Source: Candidatus Aminicenantes bacterium (GTDB taxonomy: Bacteria > Acidobacteriota > Aminicenantia > Aminicenantales > Saccharicenantaceae). From it: DNA of 64,000 bases. This document shows, piece after piece, positions 28,153-37,963 of the stretch (position 1 is the stretch's first letter; every line of letters begins with the position of its first letter). The notes beneath the pieces were generated by a model. It made no database searches. It was given only the letters and a program-made list of their open reading frames with translations, and had not been told where the DNA came from. Location: assembly GCA_037447475.1 (NCBI GenBank), contig JBBIGP010000008.1, forward strand, positions 143-64,142, read 5' to 3'. Position numbers and translations under genes: made by a program.

Positions 28153-29184
28153 TCAGGGCACGATCACGGTCCGGACATCCTCCCCGAAGCCGTCGAGCGC
28201 GTCCAGCGCGGCGTTGACGGCGCCCGCGTCGAGGGGCACCGTCCGGGAGACGGCCCCGGCCAGGTCGAGGGACCCGCGCCGGGCATATTCCATCAAGAGG
28301 GGGAACTCGGACATGAGATGGTCCGAAGCCCCGATGATCTCGACCTCCTTGCCGAGGACCTCGCGGTAGGGGTCGATCTCCAGGAGACGGTCGCTGAGCC
28401 CGACGAGGACGACGCGTCCGAAGATCGCGGCCGATTGGACCGCCTGGCGGCTGACGCCGGGGAGCCCGATGAGCTCGACGGCCACGTCGACGCCGCGGCC
28501 GCCGGTCCGCCGCCGGATCTCCTCGACCGGGTCCGAGGCCGCCGCGTCGACGGGCACGGCGCCGAGCCCGGCCGCCAGCGCGAGCTTGGACGGCCGGATA
28601 TCGACGGCGAAGACCTCGAGGGCCCCGAAAGCACGGGCGAGCTGGACGGCGGAAACGCCCAATCCGCCGATGCCGAAGATCGCGGCGCGCTCGCCGGGCC
28701 GCAGCCGCGACTTGCGCAGGGCGTGGAGCGAGGTGATCGACGAGCACATCATGATCGCCCCCTGTTCGAAGCCGATCTCGTCAGGCAGGGGGACGACGCT
28801 CCGGGCGGGGACGGCCAGATATTCGGCATAGCCGCCGTCGATGTGCTTGCCGATCATCCGGCCCCGCTCGCAGAACTGCTCGCGGCCCATGACGCAATAG
28901 GGGCAGAGCCCGCAGGTCACCATGTAGTGCACGCCGACCCGGTCGCCGGCCTTCACCCCCGACACGCGCGCGCCGGCGGCCTCGACGAGCCCGGCCACCT
29001 CGTGACCCGGGGTCACGGGCAGGACCACGGGCGACGTCCCGGCCCGGTAGTGGGCGTCCGAGTGGCAGATCCCGGCCGCCCGGACCCGGATCAACACATC
29101 GTCGTCCCCGACGGCCGGGACGTCCCTCATCTCCATGCGCAGGGGCTTTCCGGTCTCCGTCAGGCGCAAGGCTTTCATGGTCAT
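28153..29184 (-). CDS. zinc-dependent alcohol dehydrogenase family protein
   Basis: MTMKALRLTETGKPL...AAGICHSDAHY...GHEVAG...CGLCPYCVMGREQFC...IFGIGGLG. The 48 upstream codons in the track ORF would run through the promoter region, so I rejected them. Confidence 0.85.
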   Translation of the reverse strand: MTMKALRLTETGKPLRMEMRDVPAVGDDDVLIRVRAAGICHSDAHYRAGTSPVVLPVTPGHEVAGLVEAAGARVSGVKAGDRVGVHYMVTCGLCPYCVMGREQFCERGRMIGKHIDGGYAEYLAVPARSVVPLPDEIGFEQGAIMMCSSITSLHALRKSRLRPGERAAIFGIGGLGVSAVQLARAFGALEVFAVDIRPSKLALAAGLGAVPVDAAASDPVEEIRRRTGGRGVDVAVELIGLPGVSRQAVQSAAIFGRVVLVGLSDRLLEIDPYREVLGKEVEIIGASDHLMSEFPLLMEYARRGSLDLAGAVSRTVPLDAGAVNAALDALDGFGEDVRTVIVP

Positions 29185-29196
29185 GGAACGGGAGTC

Positions 29197-29225
29197 AGGA
29201 TATCCTCTCCCCGCTCCGATGTCAA
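29197..29225 (-). promoter_or_regulatory. candidate sigma70 promoter for the second ADH gene
   Basis: Minus strand reads TTGACA (29220-29225), 17-nt spacer, TATCCT (29197-29202). Only 12 nt separate the -10 from ATG 29184. Confidence 0.5.
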
Positions 29226-29311
29226 AGACCGGGGCCAGCTCCGGCGCGAAATTGCCGATAGCATGAAGCTGTGAATTCGGGGCCGGGCGCCGGGAAATTT
29301 CCTCATTATTG

Positions 29312-29320
29312 TGATATAGT
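29312..29320 (+). promoter_or_regulatory. candidate extended -10 element for the lipoprotein gene
   Basis: TGaTATAGT at 29312-29320. The -35 region is weak and is overlapped by the perfect palindrome GGAAATTTCC (29293-29302). Confidence 0.3.
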
Positions 29321-29336
29321 CCTTTCATACGGGATT

Positions 29337-29364
29337 TATTCGCGAGTCGAGAAGGCTGCAGATT
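29337..29364 (+). repeat. 28-nt conserved non-coding motif, copy A (TTATTCGCGAGTCGAGAAGGCTGCAGAT)
   Basis: 24 of 28 positions are identical to 63917-63944 (CTATTCACGAGTCGAGGCGGCTGCAGAT). Both copies are in the same orientation and lie outside confident CDSs. Confidence 0.6.
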
Positions 29365-29423
29365 CAGCCGGCAAAGGAACCAGCCGGGGTCATGATCCGT
29401 ATTTCCCGGAGAAGGAGAACAAC

Positions 29424-30440
29424 ATGAGAAAAACCGCTGTCATCGTGCTGACGGTCCTCGCCGCCGTCCTTTTCGCCGCCTGCGGCGGGGACAAAGGCCT
29501 CCGAGCCGGGTCGGCGACCGTCGAATCGCTGACGAAGCTCCTGCCCGAGACGACCCAGGCCGTCATGGTCATCGACGTCGGCCGGGCCATGGCCACGACC
29601 GCGGTGGCGAAGTCCCTCGAGAACGAGCGGGACCGCGGGAGCTACGAGGAGCTGGTCAAGACCGTCGGCATCGACCCGATGAAGGACGTCTTCTTCGTCG
29701 TCATGGGGCTCACGGGCCGCATGGACGCCAAGAACCAGGACGGCGCCGTCCTCGTCAACCTCCGGTACGAAAAAGACGCTTTGCTCGAATTGCTCAAGGG
29801 GAACGTCGTCGAGCTCGCCGAAGAGGACCACTCCGGGATCACGCTCTATAAGGGCCGGCCCGACGGCTGGTCCCCTCGCACGGTCTGCGGCGCTTTCCTG
29901 GACGTTTCCAACATCCTCGTCGGCACCGAGGCGGCCGTCAAGGCCGTCGTCGACGTCTATCAGAAAAGGGCGGGCTCGATGGCCAGGAACGAGGAATTGG
30001 GGCGGGCCCTCAAGACCGTCAACAAATCGGCCATCGCCTGGGGCGGCCTGATCGTGCCTGCCGACTCGGCCGGCAAGGCCGCTGAGGAAAATCCCATGTT
30101 CAAGGTCATGGAGGGCGTCACGGCCCTGACCATGTCCTTCGACTACAAGAACCGGAACCTGCTCGTCGATATGAGAACCATGGGCGGGTCCAAGGAGCAG
30201 AACGCGAACCTGGCCTCGACCCTCAACGGGCTCAAGGGACTGGGGGCCATGATGGCGGGCCAGGAGCCGGCCCTCGGCGAGGCCCTGGCCGGGATCGAGA
30301 TCACCTCGGGCGCCGACTACGTGCGGCTCTACGCCTCCCTGCCGGAAGAGCTCCTCAAAAAGCTCCAAAAGACCGCCCAAGAGAGGCTCGGTGACGTGCT
30401 CCCGGCCGGCAGGAAGCCTTCGGGCGAAGAGAAAGACTAG
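29424..30440 (+). CDS. hypothetical lipoprotein
   Basis: GAAGGAGAA SD precedes ATG 29424. MRKTAVIVLTVLAAVLFAACGGDKG is a signal peptide with a lipobox-like FAAC. I do not recognise a family. Confidence 0.65.
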   Translation: MRKTAVIVLTVLAAVLFAACGGDKGLRAGSATVESLTKLLPETTQAVMVIDVGRAMATTAVAKSLENERDRGSYEELVKTVGIDPMKDVFFVVMGLTGRMDAKNQDGAVLVNLRYEKDALLELLKGNVVELAEEDHSGITLYKGRPDGWSPRTVCGAFLDVSNILVGTEAAVKAVVDVYQKRAGSMARNEELGRALKTVNKSAIAWGGLIVPADSAGKAAEENPMFKVMEGVTALTMSFDYKNRNLLVDMRTMGGSKEQNANLASTLNGLKGLGAMMAGQEPALGEALAGIEITSGADYVRLYASLPEELLKKLQKTAQERLGDVLPAGRKPSGEEKD

Positions 30441-30445
30441 AGGGC

Positions 30446-31255
30446 CTATTCCTCGAAGAGATACTGCTTGACCCGGAAGACCCAGCAGGCCAGGGCCAGG
30501 AAGACGGCCGTGACCGCGGCCAGGGTCAGGACGGCGACGATGGGCGTCGTAGGCTCGAGCCGGAAAAGAAGGATCGACAGCGCGCCCGCTCCACCGCTCT
30601 GAGGCCGATACGGCAGAAGCGATTTCAGGTAGTGGACGAGGGAGAACCTCTGCGTCGAGCCGGGGAAATATTGGATGACGTTCTCCCAGCCGAAACCGAA
30701 GACGAGCCCGACGAGGATGGCCTTCTTGAGGACCGCCCCGAGAAAGGCGAAGAAGGCGGTATAGGCCAGCAGCCCGAGGCCCAGGACGCCGGCGTAGCGC
30801 AAGAAGGTCAGATAGAGCGAAGCCTGCCCGAGCCGGGTGCCGTTCATGACGAAGTAGGAGAGGGCCAAGGTGACCGTTACCATCAAGACCATGAGGAGAG
30901 AGTAGGCGCCGTATTTCCCGGCGATGATCCCCGGCTTGGTCAGCGGCCGGGTGATGAGATAGGGCAGCGTCCGGCCCTCGATCTCCTCGGCGACGATCGA
31001 GGTCCCGAAGAACAGCGACAGAATGACGATGTAGAATTGCAGGAAGAAGACCATCAGGATCTCGTTGAACACGCCCATGATGTCCTCGGCCCGGCCGTGA
31101 TAGACGACGCGGACGACCACGGCCAGGATGACCGGGAAAAAGCCCAGGGCGGCGAAAGCCCGGGCCTTGCCGCTCTTGCGGCCGAGGACGATAAAGAAGG
31201 ACAGGACTTCGCGGACCGATGTCCGGAAGGCCAGGATCGCCGATGGTTCCTTCAT
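30446..31255 (-). CDS. ABC-2-type transporter permease
   Basis: 269-aa, 6-TM protein immediately downstream of an ABC ATPase (1-nt gap). It resembles NosY/ABC-2 family members. Confidence 0.7.
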   Translation of the reverse strand: MKEPSAILAFRTSVREVLSFFIVLGRKSGKARAFAALGFFPVILAVVVRVVYHGRAEDIMGVFNEILMVFFLQFYIVILSLFFGTSIVAEEIEGRTLPYLITRPLTKPGIIAGKYGAYSLLMVLMVTVTLALSYFVMNGTRLGQASLYLTFLRYAGVLGLGLLAYTAFFAFLGAVLKKAILVGLVFGFGWENVIQYFPGSTQRFSLVHYLKSLLPYRPQSGGAGALSILLFRLEPTTPIVAVLTLAAVTAVFLALACWVFRVKQYLFEE

Positions 31256-31256
31256 C

Positions 31257-32183
31257 TCACTTCCCTACCAAGTAGTCGAAGACCGCCTGGAGGTTGTCGT
31301 CGGGCGAGGTGACCTCGTCGATGGCGACCCCCGATTCGAGGGCGACGGCCAGGAGGTGATCGAAGAACGCGTCCCTGTTGTGGGTCTCGACGACCAGGGT
31401 CCTGGCGTCCGGGCCGAAGGTCATCTTCTGGACGGCCGCGTCGGCGACGAAGCCGGCCGCCAGCCGCCGGGGATCGCTCGACCCGATGGAAATGACGTGG
31501 GGGTGGGCCTCGATGAGCTCGCGGACGAAGGGGATGTCCCCCTGGGCCAGGATCTTCCCCTGATGGATAAGGACGATGCGCGAGGTCAGGGCCTCGATCT
31601 CGGGCAGGACGTGGCTCGAGACGAGGACGGTCCGGCCCTCGGTGCGGAATTCCCTGATGAGCCTGATGAGCTTGCGCTTGCTCAGGGGGTCGAGGCCCGA
31701 AAGCGGCTCGTCGAGGATGAGTATCTCCGGGTCGTGGGCGATGGCCTGGGCGAACTTGACGCGCTGTCGCATGCCCCGGCTGTAGCCGCGGATGAGGCGG
31801 TCCTTGTCGTCGGCCAAGCCAACGATGTCCAGGGCCCGGGCCGCCCTCTCGGCCCGCTCGGCCGGTCCGAAGCCGTGGAACCGGAGGAGCCCGGTCAGGA
31901 ACTCCCAGCCGGTCACGTCCTCGTAGAAGACGTCCGGCTCGGGGCAGAACCCGATCCTTTCGTAGAGCGACGGGGCGTTCCACGTCCGGCGGCCCCGGAT
32001 CGTCACTGTGCCGATATTGGGCTTCATCTGGCCGGTGACGAGCTTCATGAACGTCGACTTGCCGGCCCCGTTGGGCCCGAGAAGGCCGGTGATGCCGTTT
32101 TCGATCTCCAGGCTGACTTCGCTCAGGCCGAGAACGTTCCCGTACCACTTGGACAGGTTCTCGGCCCGGATGACGGCGCTCAT
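31257..32183 (-). CDS. ABC transporter ATP-binding protein
   Basis: Walker A GPNGAGKST, signature YSRGMRQRV, Walker B ILILDEPLSGLD, H-loop SSHVL. Confidence 0.9.
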   Translation of the reverse strand: MSAVIRAENLSKWYGNVLGLSEVSLEIENGITGLLGPNGAGKSTFMKLVTGQMKPNIGTVTIRGRRTWNAPSLYERIGFCPEPDVFYEDVTGWEFLTGLLRFHGFGPAERAERAARALDIVGLADDKDRLIRGYSRGMRQRVKFAQAIAHDPEILILDEPLSGLDPLSKRKLIRLIREFRTEGRTVLVSSHVLPEIEALTSRIVLIHQGKILAQGDIPFVRELIEAHPHVISIGSSDPRRLAAGFVADAAVQKMTFGPDARTLVVETHNRDAFFDHLLAVALESGVAIDEVTSPDDNLQAVFDYLVGK

Positions 32184-33055
32184 TTGATGACCTCGACGCT
32201 GCGGATCTTGCGGTGGAGGACAAAGGCCGAGAGGGCGCAGACGGCCGCCAGCACGAGGAAGGACCAGCCGGCCGGGAAGGCGTAGGGCAGCTTCTGTCCG
32301 AACAGGAAGGCCCCGGTCTGCTGGAGATTGGCCGGTACCGAGAACAGGGCCAGGGCCGGCTTGCGGAAGATCCCGTACAGGATGCCGTGAAGGATGCTCG
32401 AAAAGAAAAAGCCCACGAAAATGAGGATCACGACATACCGGCTGTTCTTGCTCAGGGACGACAGGAGCAGGACGGTGAAGGCGAAAAAGACGGTCAGGAG
32501 GGCCGAATACCCGAGGATCGCCAGGGGGAGCCAGGGATGGTCGAGGAAGAACTTGAAGCTGCCCGCAAAGATGAGCTTAAAAGCCAGCAGAGCGATCCCC
32601 GGCAACGCCGTCAGGATGAGGACGAAGAAGGCGACGACGGACATCTTCCCCAGGAGGTAATCCCGCTTGCGGAGAGGGCGGGCGAAATAGAGCTGGAGCG
32701 AGCTGTGCTTGAGGTCGTCGGCGACCAGGCCCGACCCGGCGAAGGCCAGGACGAGGACGATGAGGAAGAGAAGGGAATCGTTGGTCAGATAGACCTTGAA
32801 ATAGTCCGGGGTGATTTTGATCAGCCGGTCGCTCCCCCTGAGGAAGCTCTGGAAATCCTCCAGGCGTTCCGAGACGTAGAGGCCGGCGAGCATGACGAAA
32901 GCCGGGACGAACGATATGGCGAACGCGAACTTGAAGCGCTTTTTGCGGAAAGCCAGCTGGATGCCCGTCCGGGTGATGGGCCACCAGGGAAAACGGCGCT
33001 CGACGAGCCTTCCGTCCCAGTGGGCGTAACCTTTCGCCCGGACCGTCGCGGCCAT
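32180..33055 (-). CDS. ABC-2-type permease-like membrane protein
   Basis: The start MAATVRAKGYAHWDGRLVERRFPWWPI overlaps the upstream ATPase stop (ATGA). Six or more hydrophobic helices. Only the C-terminal 291 codons of the 636-aa track ORF are used. Confidence 0.7.
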   Translation of the reverse strand: MAATVRAKGYAHWDGRLVERRFPWWPITRTGIQLAFRKKRFKFAFAISFVPAFVMLAGLYVSERLEDFQSFLRGSDRLIKITPDYFKVYLTNDSLLFLIVLVLAFAGSGLVADDLKHSSLQLYFARPLRKRDYLLGKMSVVAFFVLILTALPGIALLAFKLIFAGSFKFFLDHPWLPLAILGYSALLTVFFAFTVLLLSSLSKNSRYVVILIFVGFFFSSILHGILYGIFRKPALALFSVPANLQQTGAFLFGQKLPYAFPAGWSFLVLAAVCALSAFVLHRKIRSVEVIK

Positions 33056-33966
33056 CAGTCGACCCCCACGGCGCCGGCGAACAGGTCCTCGAGCGAGGTC
33101 CGGCTCTTGACGAAATAGCGCAGCTGGACGCCCGTCCTCGAAGCGGACCGGAAGATGTCCATTCGGTCCCCTTCGGGCGGCATATAGACCTTGATGAGCC
33201 GGTCCTCCGTAACGTCGATCCGGCAACCCATCGATTCGAGGTCTGCGCGGAAGGCCTCCCCATCGCCCTTGATCCGCAGCTCGTACAGGCTGTATCGGAC
33301 GGCCCGCAGGTTCTCCATCCGGCCCTCGGCGGCGACTTGACCTTTGTTCAGGATGACGACCGAGGAGCAGATAGACTCGATATCCGCCAGGATGTGGGAG
33401 GAGATGAGGACCTGGATGTCCTTGTTCGTCGAGATGTCCCGGATGAGATCGAGGACCTCGACCCGGCCGTGGGGGTCGAGGTTCGAGGTCGGCTCGTCGA
33501 GGAACAGGATCCGCGGGTCGTGGACCAGGGCCTGGGCCAGCTTGAGGCGCTGTTTCATGCCGGCCGAGTACTGGTCGAGGAGGCGGTAGCGGGACTCCCC
33601 AAGGCCGACATAGAAGAGGACCTCGTGGGCCCGCTTCATGGCCTCCTGGCGGGGCATGCCGGAGAGCTCGCCGAAATAGGCCGTGAAGGTCACGGCGTCC
33701 ATGCCGGCGACGAAGCAGTCGCTTTCGGGCATATAGCCGATGGCCCTCCGGATGAGGGCCTGGTCGCGGCGGATATCGTGTCCGAGGACCTTGCCCTCCC
33801 CCCTGTCGGGGACGAGGAACCCGAGAAGGATTCGCAGGAGCGTGCTCTTGCCGGCCCCGTTGGGCCCGAGCAGACCGACCGCGCCCTCGCCGAGGCGCAT
33901 CGTGACGCCGCCGAGCGCGACGATCTTCCCGTAGCGGAAATGGAGGTCGTGGACTTCGATGCTCAT
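33055..33966 (-). CDS. ABC transporter ATP-binding protein
   Basis: Walker A GPNGAGKST, signature YSAGMKQRL, Walker B ILFLDEPTSNLD, H-loop SSHIL. Confidence 0.9.
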   Translation of the reverse strand: MSIEVHDLHFRYGKIVALGGVTMRLGEGAVGLLGPNGAGKSTLLRILLGFLVPDRGEGKVLGHDIRRDQALIRRAIGYMPESDCFVAGMDAVTFTAYFGELSGMPRQEAMKRAHEVLFYVGLGESRYRLLDQYSAGMKQRLKLAQALVHDPRILFLDEPTSNLDPHGRVEVLDLIRDISTNKDIQVLISSHILADIESICSSVVILNKGQVAAEGRMENLRAVRYSLYELRIKGDGEAFRADLESMGCRIDVTEDRLIKVYMPPEGDRMDIFRSASRTGVQLRYFVKSRTSLEDLFAGAVGVD

Positions 33967-34113
33967 GGCCGGACGCCCAGTCTAATCCCAATGATATACG
34001 GCGGGCAAGGGAAATAGTTCCGGCGGGCCCGGCTTGCGGCCGGGATAGGATTCCGCGGCGGATTTCTTTATAATCGTCGTGAGTCCGCATCCCAGAGTGA
34101 AGGAGACCCGCCC

Positions 34114-36165
<2,052 letters not shown>

Positions 36166-36167
36166 AA

Positions 36168-36259
36168 AAGAAGGGGTCAAATCTTCAATCATTAAATTTT
36201 CTTCCGCATCAAGTTGTAGTCCGGCCAGAATTTAATGATTGAAGATTTGACCCCTTCTT
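36168..36259. terminator. 31-bp perfect inverted repeat (30-nt loop) between convergent genes; probable bidirectional terminator, possibly a remnant of a small element
   Basis: Left arm 36168-36198 (AAGAAGGGGTCAAATCTTCAATCATTAAATT) is the exact reverse complement of right arm 36229-36259. It is AT-rich relative to its flanks. On the minus-strand transcript it is followed by CTTTTCTATTTC. Confidence 0.6.
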
Positions 36260-37166
36260 AAAGCGGAAGGCGGAGCATGGCTTCGGGGTCGATCCGGGCG
36301 TCGAATATCTTGACCGCCCAGTGGAGGTGGGGCCCCGTCGAGCGCCCCGTGCTGCCGCAGAGCCCGACGACCTGCCCCTTGGCGACCGTTTCTCCCCTCT
36401 TGACCTTGAGCTCCGAGAGATGGCCGTAAGTGCTGAAAACTCCCAGCCCGTGGTCGATGATGACAGTCTTGCCCCCGAAGTAGAGGTGGCTGGCCATCGC
36501 GACTCGCCCGGCGTTGGACGCCCGGATGGGCTCGCCGAAGGGCACGCGGACATCGAGGCCCGCGTGTATGGACTGAAGGATATTATTGTTGAGACGCCTT
36601 TGCCCGAAGTTCGACCACGTCGGGGCGGGATGGGGCATGACGAACGGCCCTTCGCCCAGCCACTCGGGCGTGACGACCGACATGATCCAGGCCACAAGCT
36701 CGCTTTCCCTGCGGATGCGCTCCTGGACCTCCTTCGGCGGGGTCACGTACTCGGGCATGAACTGCAGCTTCGTGAAGGGGAAGGCCCTTTCGCCGATCTC
36801 AATGTCCTTGCAGATCTCCTCCATTCCTCCGGCCGCCCTGTCGACCCGAATGACCATGGGATGAGTCCCCGGCTTGACGGCCAGATCGATGCCCAACAAG
36901 GCGAACGCGGGGCGCCCCCCCGGCGCCGGCTTCAGAATCACGTCCCGGCCGAGAAAGGTCACCTTGACGGAACGGGCCGGGCCGCCCGGCTCGAGAGTGA
37001 CGAGGATGGGCTCGCCGGGCTCGAGGGCCCGGTAGGCGAGCTTGACGACCGGGCCGGCCGCATCCTGGGCAAAGGCCGCCGGCCGGACGGCCGCAAAGAG
37101 GATCAGGGCGGCCGCGACGGCCGGGATGAAGACCGGCCTTCCTGAAGACCGCAGCCGCCCTCTCAC
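36258..37166 (-). CDS. M23-family metallopeptidase (peptidoglycan DD-endopeptidase type)
   Basis: GTG start and a signal peptide. HAGLDVRVPFGEPIRASNAG...IIDHGLGVFSTYGHLS...GSTGRSTGPHLHW are the canonical HxxxD and HxH motifs. Confidence 0.9.
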   Translation of the reverse strand: MRGRLRSSGRPVFIPAVAAALILFAAVRPAAFAQDAAGPVVKLAYRALEPGEPILVTLEPGGPARSVKVTFLGRDVILKPAPGGRPAFALLGIDLAVKPGTHPMVIRVDRAAGGMEEICKDIEIGERAFPFTKLQFMPEYVTPPKEVQERIRRESELVAWIMSVVTPEWLGEGPFVMPHPAPTWSNFGQRRLNNNILQSIHAGLDVRVPFGEPIRASNAGRVAMASHLYFGGKTVIIDHGLGVFSTYGHLSELKVKRGETVAKGQVVGLCGSTGRSTGPHLHWAVKIFDARIDPEAMLRLPL

Positions 37167-37299
37167 GCCACGGCCTCCGCCTTCAGGGCTCGTTTAGCGG
37201 GCATCCGCCGATCGACACGCTCCATGCTCTCCTCTCCGCTGTCGCGATCCGGAAAGCTCATGATAAGGGAATCGGGAAGGGATGTAAACCTCGGGGCCC

Positions 37300-37328
37300 T
37301 TGCGTTCCGGGCCGAGGTCTGCTAGAAT
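37300..37328 (+). promoter_or_regulatory. candidate extended -10 sigma70 promoter
   Basis: TTGCGT (37300-37305), 17-nt spacer ending in TGc, TAGAAT (37323-37328). Confidence 0.5.
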
Positions 37329-37391
37329 CATTCTCCATCCCCCAGGTACCCGGAGGAACACCCGCCCCGGAACGATCGGAAAGGAACGACG

Positions 37392-37559
37392 ATGGCTGAT
37401 GAGCGAAAAGAGGAATCCGGCCCGAAGCGGAAGAAGATCAACGCCCTGACCCTGGCCGAGATCGAGGCCGAGCTGGCCGAGTGCCAGGAGAAACAGGGCG
37501 GCCTCCTGTCGCAGTACGCCCGCCAGCTCCTGGCCCGCAAGAAGGTCCTCTCAGGCTGA
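37392..37559 (+). CDS. possible small basic coiled-coil protein (55 aa), unannotated in the ORF track
   Basis: ATG 37392 is preceded by GGAAAGGAA. Translation: MADERKEESGPKRKKINALTLAEIEAELAECQEKQGGLLSQYARQLLARKKVLSG. It is flanked by its own promoter and a hairpin. Confidence 0.35.
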   Translation: MADERKEESGPKRKKINALTLAEIEAELAECQEKQGGLLSQYARQLLARKKVLSG

Positions 37560-37565
37560 CGACGA

Positions 37566-37589
37566 AGGGGTCAGCCCACCCCTCTTTCC
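37566..37589 (+). terminator. candidate intrinsic terminator after the small ORF
   Basis: AGGGGT (37566-37571), 6-nt loop, ACCCCT (37578-37583), followed by CTTTCC. Confidence 0.35.
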
Positions 37590-37614
37590 GGCTTCCCGCA
37601 AGTCAAAGTATTTC

Positions 37615-37643
37615 TTTACTTTTCGGCCGCACTTTGCTAATAT
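37615..37643 (+). promoter_or_regulatory. sigma70 promoter for rpsO-pnp
   Basis: TTTACT (37615-37620), 17-nt spacer ending in TGc, TAATAT (37638-37643). The AGGAGA SD is at 37661-37666. Confidence 0.55.
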
Positions 37644-37675
37644 ACGGCAGATAAAAAACTAGGAGAACAAGAAGA

Positions 37676-37942
37676 GTGTTAAGCAAGGAACACAAAACGA
37701 AGATCGTCAAGGAGAACCAGGCCCACGCCCACGATTCGGGCTCGCCTGAGATCCAGGTCGCCCTGTTGACCGAGCGGATCAACCTCCTCATCAAGCATTT
37801 CGGCACCCACAAAAAGGACCATCACTCCCGGACCGGACTGATGAAGATGGTCGGCCAGAGGAAGAGGCTCCTCGAATACATCAAGAACAAGGACGTCGCC
37901 CGCTACGAACGCCTCATCCATAAGCTCGGCCTCCGGAAATAG
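37676..37942 (+). CDS. rpsO: 30S ribosomal protein S15
   Basis: GTG start. [50 protein letters not shown] is unmistakable S15. Confidence 0.97.
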   Translation: MLSKEHKTKIVKENQAHAHDSGSPEIQVALLTERINLLIKHFGTHKKDHHSRTGLMKMVGQRKRLLEYIKNKDVARYERLIHKLGLRK

Positions 37943-37963
37943 CCCCGCCCCCGGAGAGAACCC

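Noticed and set aside
29350-29370. sigma54 (-24/-12) promoter reading of the GGCTGCAGAT core of the shared motif
   Set aside because: The GG-to-GC spacing is 11 nt in copy A and 8 nt in copy B, against the 10 nt required. The TTGC element is absent.
36170-36179. Shared 10-mer GAAGGGGTCA between the large inverted repeat and the hairpin at 37563-37572
   Set aside because: A single 10-nt match in 64 kb (both strands) is within chance expectation. Nothing beyond the 10-mer aligns.
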